DNA of 64,000 bases, taken from positions 1,003,962-1,067,961 of the forward strand of contig CAWIPK010000006.1 of assembly GCA_963837925.1 (NCBI GenBank), given 5' to 3'. This document shows positions 44,693-55,187 of this stretch, piece after piece. The position numbers and the translations under genes were made by a program. Origin of the DNA: an uncultured Chloroflexia bacterium. GTDB lineage: Bacteria; Chloroflexota; Anaerolineae; CG2-30-64-16. The notes beneath the pieces were generated by a model, which made no database searches, was not told the origin of the DNA, and saw only the letters and a program-made list of their open reading frames with translations. The stretch's first letter is position 1. Each line of letters starts with the position of its first letter.

Positions 44693-47600
44693 TCAGCACT
44701 CACTGTAGCCGCAGACGTAGCACTTGCGGCAGCCCTCGGTCGGGATGAAGGCGGCCTGGCCGCAGTCTGGGCATAGGTCGCCGATCGGCCGCTCGCTGAT
44801 CGGCAGGACAAGCTGCTCGGCCGGGGGCTCGGCGGGCGGCGAGGCCGGCTCCTCAGGCACCTGGTCGTCCACGTAGCTCCGGTGGCCCTGATAGACTGTG
44901 GCTCCGTCGTCGTCCTCGTCATCCGACCCGGGTTCGTAATCGCTGCGCAGATGCTCACGCAGGACCTGGGCGACCGCATCGGGCAGTGAGCGGACACGCT
45001 TGGCGCCGAAGCCCAGCGTGCGCCCGCCGCCGATGCCGGCCATCTGGTCGATCACTTGTTTCAGCCTCTCCACCGTGTCGAGTGGAGAGGGCAAGCGCAG
45101 GATCAGCGAGATCAGCCGCCCCACCGCCTCCGAGACCGCCGCCACGTCGCTCCCGGCCTTGCCCACGTTGAGGAAGACCTCGAACGGTTTCTCGTCGCCG
45201 TTAACGTTTACCGTGACGAAAGCCGTGCCGAGCGGGGTCTCCTTGCGGTAGGTGACGCCGTGCAGCGCGGCGGGGCGCGGGCGTTTGACGGCTGGGAGCG
45301 GAGGCAGGGCGGCGGGCGCGTGTGCCGGGGCCGGCTGCGGCACTGGCATCGACCTGGCCAGGCTGGGTGGCGCTTTCTCCGTTATGGTCGCGGAGGTATT
45401 GCCGTTCGCAGCCATCGCGACCGAGCCCGGCTGAACGGTTTCGTGTGGCCCCGTTCCGTTCCCGTGGCCGGCCGTCGCTTGCTCCGCCTTCTGTTCCGCG
45501 GTAGCCCTGGTTTCCAACACCACTTCGTGCCGGCTGCCGGTCACATAAACGGTCAGGCCTTTGCAACCCAGGCGCCAGGCGAGCTCGTACGCCTGCTTGA
45601 CGTCCTCGACACTGGCTGTGGACGGGAAATTGATCGTGTTGTGATTGCCCAGGCCATTGGCGATAAAGGAGTGCGAGCCGGGAACGCTCAGATCGAAGAC
45701 CTCGGCGAAGCTGGGCTCGATGGCTTCCACGTCCAGGTAGATGCGATCCGGCCGGTCTTGAGCGAAAAACGCCTGCGCGTACGGATCGGGTCTATCGCCA
45801 AAGTGCTGATAGAGCGTCCTTGCCAGTCCTCGATCAAGCCGATGTGACTGCAGCGTGTTGACGCGCGCCCGCTGGTATTGCTGAGTCTGCTCACCATACA
45901 GACTGCGCAACGAGCGGTCCGAGGCCTGCTGCATACGTTGTAGCAACTCCGTCAGCGGCTGGGGCAGTAACTCGGTATAGGTGAAGAGGCGGTGTCGCCG
46001 CCCGCTATCTCGCTGGCCCATACGCTCCGTTTTCCAGCTTTCATCGAACTCGATCAGCCTTCCCAGGCGTTCGAGCGCGCTGCCGGCCACAGTTAGCGCC
46101 CAGGCGTGCTCCTGGGATCGATGGAGGCGCGAGGTGATTCCAAAATTCAGGAACAGGACTTGCAGTTGTTGGAGCAGCGCCCGGCTGGCCAGGCCGATGC
46201 CGAACATCCGGCCATCCTGCGTCATGTAACTATCGAGGAACAGCCCACGCAGGAAAGAGATCATCTCCGTCCGGCTCGCCCGCAGAATGCAGCTCGGGAT
46301 GATCTTGTTGCGCGCTCCGGCCTCCATCCCCAGGTCGGCCAGGAGCCAGTTGCGCACATGGCGAGAGTTAACCTGCAGGGTGTAGACGCTCTCTCGGCGC
46401 ATGTCCTTGCAGATGTGTGAGGACTTGCCGAAGACCCGCTGGAATGACTCTCCAAGTCGCTCGAGCAGCTCCCGGTCGCCGTTAGTGATGTAGACGCCGT
46501 TGCGGGTGAGCGCGCCCTCCGAGGTGATGCAGCCCAGGATGTATGCCAGTTCGCTCGACATCACTTCTGGGAAGGAGATGTCCTTGGAGTTCGTTAGCCG
46601 TTCCTGGCAGTAACACGGCAAGGGCTGACCGGCCGGCCCAAACACCTGCTGGTTGCTGTAGAGGACGGCAGTGTCGCCAACTTTTAGCTCATCCAACCGC
46701 AGGAATTGGACTGAGCCGTCCGCGGCCAGCACCTGGATGCGGTGATTGGGCGTCCCTTCTACATGGTAGCCGTAGGACAGCCGGACGCGCCGTGTTTCGC
46801 GCATACCGCCGTAGTAGAAGGCTTCGCTTTTTTCAGTGCCGACCGGCGTCACGATCTCCAGGCCCAGCGGTTCGAACTGGTCAGGCAGGCGCAACTCGGA
46901 CAACTCTGCGATGGGCCGAAGCCCCTGGGCAGTCAGCACCAGGGTGTCGCCGGTAACACACTTGCTGATCGAGTTATCGACAAACGCCTGGATGGCGGCT
47001 TGCATGCGGACGTGCTCTTCGGCGCTGATGTCCTGCGCGACGACGAAGACGCGGCGGACCTCGGGCGGCACCAGGCTAACGTCCTGGCAACTGCCGGTCG
47101 AGCTGACTTGCTCGCTGATGGCCTCACGGGCTGCCTTGTCCAGCCCGGCTCGCTCGAGGGCCGCCTCGAACAGCGGGCTGGTATAGGTGAGCCTGAGATC
47201 CTGGTCCCGCTCCTTGACCGTGCGGGTGTACGCCAGGGCAAATACAGGCTCGCAGCCGTAGCCTTCGCAGCCTGCCACCGTACCGATGGTGCCAGTCGGC
47301 GCAACCGTGGTCTGGGCGGCGTTACGGATACCGTGCTCCTTGATCCCGGCCACAATTGCCGCCCAGTCGAGCGCCGGCCGTCCCCAGTCATGCGAGAAGG
47401 CTGCTAACGGGACCGGCGGCTGCCACTTGAGGTCCTGCGGATCGTAGATGCTGCCCTTGATCGCCTGGAACGGACCGCGCTCGCGGGCGAGCTCGACACT
47501 GGTGGCCATCGAATGGTAGCGGATGAACTCGGTCAGCTGCGCAGCCAGTTCCTGGCCCTCCGCCGAGCCATAGCGCACGCCCACCCGGTACATCAGGTCG

Positions 47601-48730
47601 CCCAGGCCCATCATGCCGAGGCCGATGCGCCGGCAGCGCAGGGCCGCCTCTTCCAGCTGCGGCACTGCCGGGACGTACTTGTTGGCGTCCACGACATTGT
47701 CCAGGAAGCGGGTACAGGCGACCGCGCTCTCGCGCAGTTTCTCCCAGTCGACGTACCCTTCGGGGGTGACATGCTGGGCCAGGTTGATCGAGCCGAGGCA
47801 GCAGTTCTCGCCCGGACCCAGCCACTGTTCGCCGCACGGATTTGTGGCTTCTAGCACATAAAGGTTCGGCACCGGATTGGCGCGGTTGGCCGCATCCAGG
47901 AACAGGGCGCCCGGCTCGCCGTTGCGGTGGGCATAGGTGACCAGCTTGTCGAACAGATCGCGCGCGCGGACCGTCCGCCAGACCGTGCCATCACGTGGGT
48001 TCACCAGCGGGAAGTCGGCGTCGGCCTCGACGGCTTGCATGAAGGCGTCCGTTATGCCGACCGAGATGTTGAAGTTGCTTATCTGCCCTTCGCGCGCCTT
48101 GCAGGCGATGAACTCTTCGATGTCGGGATGGTCGACGCGCAGCACGCCCATATTGGCGCCGCGCCTCGTCCCCCCTTGGGCCACCTCGCCGAAAGCGGCG
48201 TCGTAGACGCGCAGGAAACCCACCGGGCCGCTGGCAACGCCGGCGCTTTTGCCGACCCGGTCACCTCTTGGCCGCAGGCGCGAGAAGGCAAAACCGTTGC
48301 CGCCCCCTGTCTGCTGGATCAGGGCGGCGTCGCGCAGGGTCTGAAAGATTCCGTCCGGCTCCTTACCCAGGTCGTCGGAGATGGCCAGCACAAAGCAGGC
48401 CGCTAATTGGCCGAGCGGGGTGCCGGCGCCGGTGAAAGTGGGGGAGTTGGGGAAAAAGCGCAGGCTGGTCAGCAAGCCGTAGAAAAACTCCTCGGTGCTC
48501 GCAACGTCGTAGCCATAGGCCGCGTCTGGCTGGGCTACTGTGTGGGCCACCCGGCGAAACATGCCTTCGATGCTCTCGATCGGCTCGCTTTCCGGGCCCC
48601 GGCGCAGGTAACGCTTCTCCAGGACCTTGCGGCCGTTCTCGGAGATCTCAATCTCGGCTGGCGGCCGGATGGCCGGCTGGAATGGTTTGACGGCGTGGTC
48701 GATCATGAGTGGAACCTCTCCAATCAACAA
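44693..48730 (-). CDS. nrdJ: Adenosylcobalamin-dependent (class II) ribonucleotide reductase containing an in-frame intein
   Basis: The active-site region reads …[25 protein letters not shown]… The C-terminal region is NrdJ-like with a terminal CPDCG…CRKCYVCG zinc ribbon. The extein is about 904 aa, and the 441-aa insertion is flanked by the conserved NSISK|TIN motif. Confidence 0.9.
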   Translation of the reverse strand: MLIGEVPLMIDHAVKPFQPAIRPPAEIEISENGRKVLEKRYLRRGPESEPIESIEGMFRRVAHTVAQPDAAYGYDVASTEEFFYGLLTSLRFFPNSPTFTGAGTPLGQLAACFVLAISDDLGKEPDGIFQTLRDAALIQQTGGGNGFAFSRLRPRGDRVGKSAGVASGPVGFLRVYDAAFGEVAQGGTRRGANMGVLRVDHPDIEEFIACKAREGQISNFNISVGITDAFMQAVEADADFPLVNPRDGTVWRTVRARDLFDKLVTYAHRNGEPGALFLDAANRANPVPNLYVLEATNPCGEQWLGPGENCCLGSINLAQHVTPEGYVDWEKLRESAVACTRFLDNVVDANKYVPAVPQLEEAALRCRRIGLGMMGLGDLMYRVGVRYGSAEGQELAAQLTEFIRYHSMATSVELARERGPFQAIKGSIYDPQDLKWQPPVPLAAFSHDWGRPALDWAAIVAGIKEHGIRNAAQTTVAPTGTIGTVAGCEGYGCEPVFALAYTRTVKERDQDLRLTYTSPLFEAALERAGLDKAAREAISEQVSSTGSCQDVSLVPPEVRRVFVVAQDISAEEHVRMQAAIQAFVDNSISKCVTGDTLVLTAQGLRPIAELSELRLPDQFEPLGLEIVTPVGTEKSEAFYYGGMRETRRVRLSYGYHVEGTPNHRIQVLAADGSVQFLRLDELKVGDTAVLYSNQQVFGPAGQPLPCYCQERLTNSKDISFPEVMSSELAYILGCITSEGALTRNGVYITNGDRELLERLGESFQRVFGKSSHICKDMRRESVYTLQVNSRHVRNWLLADLGMEAGARNKIIPSCILRASRTEMISFLRGLFLDSYMTQDGRMFGIGLASRALLQQLQVLFLNFGITSRLHRSQEHAWALTVAGSALERLGRLIEFDESWKTERMGQRDSGRRHRLFTYTELLPQPLTELLQRMQQASDRSLRSLYGEQTQQYQRARVNTLQSHRLDRGLARTLYQHFGDRPDPYAQAFFAQDRPDRIYLDVEAIEPSFAEVFDLSVPGSHSFIANGLGNHNTINFPSTASVEDVKQAYELAWRLGCKGLTVYVTGSRHEVVLETRATAEQKAEQATAGHGNGTGPHETVQPGSVAMAANGNTSATITEKAPPSLARSMPVPQPAPAHAPAALPPLPAVKRPRPAALHGVTYRKETPLGTAFVTVNVNGDEKPFEVFLNVGKAGSDVAAVSEAVGRLISLILRLPSPLDTVERLKQVIDQMAGIGGGRTLGFGAKRVRSLPDAVAQVLREHLRSDYEPGSDDEDDDGATVYQGHRSYVDDQVPEEPASPPAEPPAEQLVLPISERPIGDLCPDCGQAAFIPTEGCRKCYVCGYSEC
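45638..46960 (-). mobile_element. Intein (441 aa) with a LAGLIDADG homing-endonuclease core, inserted in nrdJ
   Basis: The N-terminal splice block is [13 protein letters not shown] (Cys1). The TxxH block is [19 protein letters not shown]-like motifs are [13 protein letters not shown] and [14 protein letters not shown]. The C-terminal block is [21 protein letters not shown] followed by Thr(+1). Borders were computed by residue counting from the track start (residues 591-1031). Confidence 0.8.
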
Positions 48731-48763
48731 ATCCTCGTAGCGACAAATCGTCAGGGCAAATTA

Positions 48764-49213
48764 TCAGTTGTGTTCGGACATAAGGCGCACCAGCTCGCGC
48801 TGCAGCGCCTCGACGTCTGCCAGCTCCAGGTAGACGATGGCGAAACGAATGTAGGCCAGCGGGTCCAACTCTTTGAGTTTCTCCAGTACCATCTGCCCGA
48901 TCACCTCGCTCTTGACCTCGGCCCGACCAAGGCTGAAGAGGTGCTCCTCGATCTGGCCGACAACCCGCTCGATGTCGGCCATCGCGATCGGACGCTTGGC
49001 GCACGCGATGCGCAAGCCCTCCAGAAGTTTGTTGCGATCGAAAGGCTCACGCCGCCCGTCGCGCTTCACGATGAGCAGCGCCTCCGAGATCTGCTCGTAG
49101 GTGGTGAAGCGCTTTCGACAGGTCTGGCACTCACGGCGCCGGCGGATGGACTCGGCGGTGGCGCGAGTGTCGACCACCCGAGAATCGGGATGACCGCAAT
49201 AAGGACAAAGCAT
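48764..49213 (-). CDS. nrdR: Transcriptional repressor NrdR
   Basis: The translation starts MLCPYCGHPDSRVVDTRATAESIRRRRECQTCRKRFTTYE…, a zinc ribbon plus ATP-cone. It ends 33 nt upstream of nrdJ. Confidence 0.9.
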   Translation of the reverse strand: MLCPYCGHPDSRVVDTRATAESIRRRRECQTCRKRFTTYEQISEALLIVKRDGRREPFDRNKLLEGLRIACAKRPIAMADIERVVGQIEEHLFSLGRAEVKSEVIGQMVLEKLKELDPLAYIRFAIVYLELADVEALQRELVRLMSEHN

Positions 49214-49624
49214 GGCAGAATCACCTTACCCCGTTGCCCGGGATCACAGACTCGAGGCGGCATACATCGGTGAACGACCCAGAAGTGCTGGTGCTGTGCC
49301 GGCGACGGCGAGGCGGAAACAGCGGCTGCCGGCCGGCTCCTCACTGGCTCTGGTCCGGTGCTTCAGCGCATGCTACTACGGGTAGTATACAAGGACCGGA
49401 AAAGTGCCATATGTAGGGGAGCCACCGGTCAACGGAGTTTACCACAAGAACCGGGGGTTGGCAAGGGGTCAAATCGTTTCGCCGGAATAACTTTAAGGTC
49501 GGAAAATCGCGAGGCCGGGGTGCACACGCCTCTCGGGAACGCCTGTTCCTTGTCGTCCCGAGAGGCAGGCAACGCGAAGACATCCAACGCGCGCGGGGCT
49601 TGTTGGCCTCACAGATGAGCTCAA

Positions 49625-49666
49625 TACCTCTCAGGTGGGCCTGCTCCATGCGCACCCGAGAGGTAT
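49625..49666. terminator. Hairpin directly downstream of ftsZ (ATACCTCTCAGGTG…CACCCGAGAGGTAT), with a sequence-related second hairpin at about 49529-49565
   Basis: Two hairpins share the core CCTCTC(R)GG/CC(Y)GAGAGG. The first ends about 12 nt after the ftsZ stop. Confidence 0.4.
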
Positions 49667-49677
49667 TGTAGCAGATT

Positions 49678-50751
49678 TCAGCGGGCTCGGCGCAAGAAGG
49701 CCGGGATATCCAGATCGTCCCGGTCGAAGGTGCGCTTCGGGAACTCGATGGTCTTCGCCTCTTCCGGGGTTGGGACCTTCTGTTCTTTTATCGCCTCGAA
49801 GCCCGTGGCGATGACTGTGATGCGGACCTCGTCCTTCAGCTCAGGATCGATGACCGCACCGAAGATGATGTTGGCATCCGGATCGGCAGTACGGCGGATG
49901 ATCTCCGCCGCCTCGTTGACCTCGTAAAGGCTGAGATCCGGTCCACCGGTGACGTTGAACAAGATGCCCTGCGCGCCCTCGATGCTCACGTCGAGCAGAG
50001 CGCTGTGGATGGCTTGTTCAGCCGCGTTCTGCGCGCGGTTGTCACCGCTGGCCCTACCGATCGCCATCAGTGCCGATCCACCCTCGTTCATGATACTGCG
50101 TACGTCGGCGAAGTCCAGGTTGATCAGGCCCGGGATGGTGATCAACTCGGAAATGCCCTGGATGCCCTGGCGCAGCACGTCATCGGCCATTCGGAAAGCT
50201 TGCTGGATGCTGGCCTTCTTGTCCACAACCTGCAATAGCCGGTCGTTGGGGATGACGATGAGCGTGTCCACGCCTTCGCGCAGTCGGGCGATGCCTTCAT
50301 CGGCACACTTGCGGCGTTTGGCGCCTTCAAAGGTGAAGGGCTTGGTAACGACGCCGATGGTCAGCGCGCCGGTGTCCTTGGCCAGCTTGGCGACCACGGG
50401 AGCCGCGCCCGTCCCTGTGCCGCCACCCATGCCTGCCGTCACGAAGACCATGTCGGCGCTCTTGAGCATGGCCTTGATCTCCTCACTCGACTCCTGGGCT
50501 GCTTTCTCGCCGGTCTCGGGGTGCCCACCCGAGCCGAGGCCCTTGGTGAGCTTGTCGCCGATGCGCATCCGCTGCGGCGCCTGTGCCAGCATCAGTGCCT
50601 GCGCGTCGGTGTTCACTGCGATGAACTCGACGCCCTGGATGCCTTCCTCGATCATGCGATTGACGGCGTTCGAGCCACCGCCGCCGATGCCCAGCACCTT
50701 GATTTGCGCCGGATTTTCCACAAAGGCTGTTTGGGGTGATCTAGAATTCAT
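49678..50751 (-). CDS. ftsZ: Cell division GTPase FtsZ
   Basis: The translation contains [13 protein letters not shown], the GGGTGTG tubulin signature (…[13 protein letters not shown]…), and a C-terminal …[10 protein letters not shown] tail. Confidence 0.97.
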   Translation of the reverse strand: MNSRSPQTAFVENPAQIKVLGIGGGGSNAVNRMIEEGIQGVEFIAVNTDAQALMLAQAPQRMRIGDKLTKGLGSGGHPETGEKAAQESSEEIKAMLKSADMVFVTAGMGGGTGTGAAPVVAKLAKDTGALTIGVVTKPFTFEGAKRRKCADEGIARLREGVDTLIVIPNDRLLQVVDKKASIQQAFRMADDVLRQGIQGISELITIPGLINLDFADVRSIMNEGGSALMAIGRASGDNRAQNAAEQAIHSALLDVSIEGAQGILFNVTGGPDLSLYEVNEAAEIIRRTADPDANIIFGAVIDPELKDEVRITVIATGFEAIKEQKVPTPEEAKTIEFPKRTFDRDDLDIPAFLRRAR

Positions 50752-50788
50752 TCTGCCCTCTCCTATCGTCCCACGTGGGGATCAGTCA

Positions 50789-52021
50789 CTAAGCCGAGAC
50801 GGGTAACAACGCGCGTAGCCATTTCATGACGCGGTCCAGAAAACGTGAGGTGGGTGGGGGCGCAACGCGGTGCACGCTGCCTCGCCGCAACCCCCATTGC
50901 AGCAGTCCAACTGCCGTCGCGTAATCCGGACTGGTCACGTCTACGACCGACGGAATGCCGTTGCTGGGTCGGCCGACCCGCACCGGCCACTGTAACCGGG
51001 CCCGGCTCAGATCGGCCAGGCCTGACAATTGAGCCACGCCGCCGGTCAGGACAATCCCGGCTGGCAGCAGGCCATCGTACCCACTTCGCTTGACCTCGCG
51101 CAAGATAAGGTCCACCAGTTCATCGGCGCGCGCATGGAGGATCTCCGCCAACAGACGGCAGCTGACGGTCTGCTGTCCTTCTTGCCCGAAGGCTCCGCTC
51201 CGCACCTCCGCATCTTCGGGTACCTGTTCGGGCAACACGTGACCGAACTGAATCATGAGCGCTTCCGCCTTGTTGTAGGGCATACGCAGCCCCAAGGCCA
51301 CGTCCTTCACAAAGTGCTCGCCTGCCAGGTCCATCACGACCGTATGCCAGGGAGCGGCGTCCAAGTAGATAGCGACGTCAGACGTGCCGCCGCCGATGTC
51401 TACCAGTGCCACGCCGAGCTGGCGCTCGTCGTCGGTCAGCACTGCTTCGGCGGACGCCAGCGGCTGCAGGACCAGGTCGTCGATGGCCACGCCGTTGCCT
51501 TGTACGCAGTTGACCAGGTTGGTCACCGCCGAGGTAGTGCCTGTTACGATGCTCGCGTCCACCTCCAGCCGGTAGCCGAACATCCCGACCGGGTCCTGGA
51601 TGCCCTTCTGGTCGTCGACGCAGTACGTGCGCGGTACGGCATGAATGATCTCGCGGCTGTGGGGCAGGGCGATGTTGCGTGCCTGTTCCAGCGCACGGTT
51701 GACGTCCTCTTTGGTGATCCTGCGGCCCGCTGTGCGTCCGACGGCCACCACTCCCTTGCTGCCAATAGCATTGATGTGACTGCCGGCGATGCCGACGTAT
51801 GCTGTTTGCAGCGTCTGGCCGGCAGATTGCTCGGCCTGATCGATGGCCTGGCCAATTACTGCGGTGGCATCAGCAGCATTGATGACCACGCCGCGGCGCA
51901 ATCCCTGCGCGGGCGTGCGACCGGCGCCAATGATACGCAGGTTGTTCTGGTCGTCGATGGTGCCGATCAGTGCCACGACCTTTGTGGTGCCGACATCCAG
52001 GCCACAAATCAGCTCGCTCAC
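50789..52021 (-). CDS. ftsA: Cell division protein FtsA
   Basis: Actin-like ATPase: …GLDVGTTKVVALIG… and …VDIGGGTSDVAIY… Length is 410 aa. Confidence 0.95.
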   Translation of the reverse strand: MSELICGLDVGTTKVVALIGTIDDQNNLRIIGAGRTPAQGLRRGVVINAADATAVIGQAIDQAEQSAGQTLQTAYVGIAGSHINAIGSKGVVAVGRTAGRRITKEDVNRALEQARNIALPHSREIIHAVPRTYCVDDQKGIQDPVGMFGYRLEVDASIVTGTTSAVTNLVNCVQGNGVAIDDLVLQPLASAEAVLTDDERQLGVALVDIGGGTSDVAIYLDAAPWHTVVMDLAGEHFVKDVALGLRMPYNKAEALMIQFGHVLPEQVPEDAEVRSGAFGQEGQQTVSCRLLAEILHARADELVDLILREVKRSGYDGLLPAGIVLTGGVAQLSGLADLSRARLQWPVRVGRPSNGIPSVVDVTSPDYATAVGLLQWGLRRGSVHRVAPPPTSRFLDRVMKWLRALLPVSA

Positions 52022-52085
52022 GTTTGCCTCAGCTTCATTAGTTTATCAACCACACAAAACGCCGACTGCCGAACCATTGTCTGGC

Positions 52086-53018
52086 CTAACGCAGATAAGC
52101 ATTGCCGTCCACTCGCAGGTCCACCACCTTGGGCGCCGCCTCACGTGAGGCAATCTGGACCTGCACGGACTGCAGTAGATCCAGCTTGGCGGCGACGTTG
52201 CCCTGGCTGCCCAGGTAGACCGTGTAACCATCCGGTGACTGGAATGTCAAACCCTCCTGTGCTCCATAATCGATTGTTGTCAGGTCCGGCATCCCGGCAT
52301 GCAGCGCCTGCAGGTCTGCCAGGACCTGTGCGCGCAGTTCCCCCTGGTCAGTGCTCGCCACGCCTTCTGGGTCGATCAGCAGTAGTGGCGGTTCGCTGCC
52401 CGCTTGCGGCAACCGCGTGCCATCAGCCGCGAACCAGGTTGTCATGCTGATCGTCTGTACGGCCACCAATGGCTCGCGCTCCTGAACTTCAATTGTGACC
52501 GTACTAGGCAGCGCCATGCTAACGTGAGCATCGGCGATCCCGGGCAGATCCATCACCCGAGCGGCAGCCAGGTTGGGCCGTACCCAGAAGATGTGCTGCT
52601 TGTCGATCTGGCTGGCCGCATAGATCTCGGCAGCCGGCACCCGCCGGTTGCCCTGGATCTGCGCCGAATAGACATAAAACTGCTCGCGGGTCAAAAACTC
52701 CAGCAAGGCGAACGTTGCTGCCACCAGGAGCGGCAGCATGAGCAGACGACGCCAGGGCACATGGGCTGTTGCGGCCTTGCGTGGGGCCGCACGCACGGCC
52801 GCCTTGGGTGTCTGGGGGCGGGGCCTTCGCTCGGTGAGGCGGCGCTCCAGTTGACCCAGGCGTGCGCGCAGACTCAGTTGCTGATTGCTTTGCACCTTCC
52901 TGCGCTTGCGCGCCGGCGGCTGCTGCCAGCGCGGCGGCTGCGCGCTGTCGGCCGGTATAGCGGATTTGGTTCTGCCTCGTCGATTACCTGGCATCGTGCC
53001 ACCGGTCATTGCGCTCAC
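52086..53018 (-). CDS. ftsQ: Cell division protein FtsQ/DivIB (POTRA domain)
   Basis: A basic cytoplasmic N-terminus is followed by one TM helix (LLMLPLLVAATFALL) and a POTRA-like region (…VYSAQIQGNRRVPAAEIYAASQID…). Confidence 0.8.
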   Translation of the reverse strand: MSAMTGGTMPGNRRGRTKSAIPADSAQPPRWQQPPARKRRKVQSNQQLSLRARLGQLERRLTERRPRPQTPKAAVRAAPRKAATAHVPWRRLLMLPLLVAATFALLEFLTREQFYVYSAQIQGNRRVPAAEIYAASQIDKQHIFWVRPNLAAARVMDLPGIADAHVSMALPSTVTIEVQEREPLVAVQTISMTTWFAADGTRLPQAGSEPPLLLIDPEGVASTDQGELRAQVLADLQALHAGMPDLTTIDYGAQEGLTFQSPDGYTVYLGSQGNVAAKLDLLQSVQVQIASREAAPKVVDLRVDGNAYLR

Positions 53019-53065
53019 TCTGGCTCACGCCCATCGCGTGACTGGTCTGCAAGTCGAAACGCTCA

Positions 53066-54187
53066 TCACTTGAGGAGCGGCGTGCTGTCGTAGGTGACCT
53101 GCGAGCGAGAGCGGTCGGCGTGACGCTCGAGGGCCAGATCGATCAGGCGATCCACCAGGTCGGAATAGGAGATGCCGCTCGCCTCCCACAGTTTTGGGTA
53201 CATGCTGATGGCCGTGAAGCCGGGCATGGTGTTGATCTCGTTCAGGAACAGCTGGCCCGTGCTGCCGTTCAGCAAAAAGTCCACCCGGGCCAGCCCGGAA
53301 CAGTCGAGCGCCAGGAAGGCCCGCACGGCCAGTTCGCGTACTTGGGCAGCGACTGCGGCCGGGATGGGTGCCGGGATGACCAACTGCGAATCGCCGTCCA
53401 GGTACTTGGCGGCGTAGTCGTAAAACTCACGGTCGGGTACTACTTCGCCGGGCACGGACGCGGTTGGCTCGTCATTGCCCAGAACGCTGCACTCAATCTC
53501 GCGCGCTTGCGGGACGGTTTGCTCGACGAGCAGCTTGCGGTCGTAGCGGGCCGCTTCCGCCAAGGCATCACGCAGTTCGGCCTGGTCATGCGCCTTCCTG
53601 ATGCCGATGCTCGAACCCAGATTGGCCGGCTTGATGAACATTGGGTAGGGCAGCAGACCCTCAATGCGCGCCATTGCGCCGCTCGGATTTGCCTCCCAGT
53701 CCCGGCGCTTGAGGGCCACGTACCGCGTCTGGGGCAGGTAATGGGCGGCAAACGCGTCCTTGGCTGCGATCTTGTCCATGCCGAGCGCGCTGCCGAGCAC
53801 TCCGCTGCCCACATACGGGATGCCGGCGATGTCCAGCAGACCCTGAATGGTACCGTCCTCTCCAAACGGACCGTGCAAGACGGGGAAAATGACGTCCAAC
53901 GGGGGAAAGGCCGCCCCGGTCGCGCCCGGCACGAGCTCGCGGCCGCTACTGCTCGGCATCGCTCCTTCGTCGGGGCAATCCTGACCATCCAGGAGGCGCG
54001 CCATTGGGTCGCCGCTCAGAATCCAACGGCCGCTCTGGGTGATGCCCAGGGGCACCACCTCGTACTTATCCCCGGGAAGCGCAGCCATGATCGAGCGAGC
54101 CGAAGCGAGCGAAACCTGGTGTTCGCCAGAACGACCGCCGAAGATCACACCAATACGCAGTTTACGTTTCATGTGCCGCCCACTCAC
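53066..54187 (-). CDS. ddl: D-alanine--D-alanine ligase
   Basis: The translation has …[22 protein letters not shown]… and ATP-grasp motifs (…GKIAAKDAF…, …LFLNEINTMPGFT…). Confidence 0.93.
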   Translation of the reverse strand: MSGRHMKRKLRIGVIFGGRSGEHQVSLASARSIMAALPGDKYEVVPLGITQSGRWILSGDPMARLLDGQDCPDEGAMPSSSGRELVPGATGAAFPPLDVIFPVLHGPFGEDGTIQGLLDIAGIPYVGSGVLGSALGMDKIAAKDAFAAHYLPQTRYVALKRRDWEANPSGAMARIEGLLPYPMFIKPANLGSSIGIRKAHDQAELRDALAEAARYDRKLLVEQTVPQAREIECSVLGNDEPTASVPGEVVPDREFYDYAAKYLDGDSQLVIPAPIPAAVAAQVRELAVRAFLALDCSGLARVDFLLNGSTGQLFLNEINTMPGFTAISMYPKLWEASGISYSDLVDRLIDLALERHADRSRSQVTYDSTPLLK

Positions 54188-55187
54188 CCAAGAAGAGGAT
54201 CTCCGGGGTCAACTGCACCCCGAACTGCTGCTCGACACGCCGGCGCGTCAGGTCGATGAGCGCCATGACGTCGGCCGCGCACGCGGTGCCGGTGTTGACG
54301 ATGAAGTTGGCGTGGCGCGGCGAGATCTGCGCCCCACCGATCTGGTGTCCTTTGAGACCGGCGGCTTCTACCAGGCGGCCGGCGTGGTCGCCCGGTGGGT
54401 TGCGGAAGACGCTGCCCGCGCTGGGCTCAACGGGTTGGGTGGCCCGCCGCCGGGCCAGGTTCGCTTCAGCCCGCGCCGCCATCGCGCTCGCGTCGCCCGA
54501 CCCCAGCTCGAAGCCCGCCTGCAAGACCACTGGCCGCGGCTCACTCTTGGTGGCCAGCTCGCGTTTCAGCAGGCTATCGCGATAGCTGTACTGCAGCTCC
54601 GCCGGGCTGCAATATACCTGGCCGCGGCCCGGATAGGCGACCAGTGCCCAGGCGAGATCGGCTGCCATGTCGCAACCATGCGCGCCCGCGTTGCCGATCA
54701 CCGCCCCTCCGACGGTGCCGGGCACGCTCACCGCCCACTCCAGCCCTGTCAGGCCTTGCCGGATCGACCACCGTGCCAGGCCGGCGAGGGGCGCCCCCGA
54801 ATCGGCAATGACTTGAGCTGCCCCAGTCCGGCCGGGGGCACCCGCGGGAGGCTCTCCAAGCCGCATCTCGCGACAGCCGTTGCCAATCACCAGGCCGCGC
54901 AGCCCTGCATCGGCAACCAGGACATTGCTGCCACCGCCCAATACCGTGCATGGGATGCCGCGGGCGGCCGCCAGCTCGGCCAGCGCGCTGAGCAGAGCAA
55001 CGCTGTCCACCGGCGCATAAAGATCGGCTGGGCCGCCAATGTGGAAAGTGGTATGGCGGGCCAACGGCTCGTGCACGATCGGTTTCGCGCCCAGGCTCGT
55101 CGCGGCCGTCGCCAACGCCTCCAGGGCGGACTGGCCGGGGCCAGACCGTTCGAAGCCGGGGGCCGGCGTCAGTCGATCGGCATTCAT
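54162..55187 (-). CDS. murB: UDP-N-acetylenolpyruvoylglucosamine reductase
   Basis: FAD-binding: …[18 protein letters not shown]… and …[10 protein letters not shown]…. Confidence 0.9.
   Translation of the reverse strand: MNADRLTPAPGFERSGPGQSALEALATAATSLGAKPIVHEPLARHTTFHIGGPADLYAPVDSVALLSALAELAAARGIPCTVLGGGSNVLVADAGLRGLVIGNGCREMRLGEPPAGAPGRTGAAQVIADSGAPLAGLARWSIRQGLTGLEWAVSVPGTVGGAVIGNAGAHGCDMAADLAWALVAYPGRGQVYCSPAELQYSYRDSLLKRELATKSEPRPVVLQAGFELGSGDASAMAARAEANLARRRATQPVEPSAGSVFRNPPGDHAGRLVEAAGLKGHQIGGAQISPRHANFIVNTGTACAADVMALIDLTRRRVEQQFGVQLTPEILFLGEWAAHET

Noticed and set aside
48731-48763. Cobalamin riboswitch in front of nrdJ
   Set aside because: The nrdR-nrdJ gap is only 33 nt and carries no B12-box. 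B12 riboswitches normally control B12-independent RNRs, not NrdJ.
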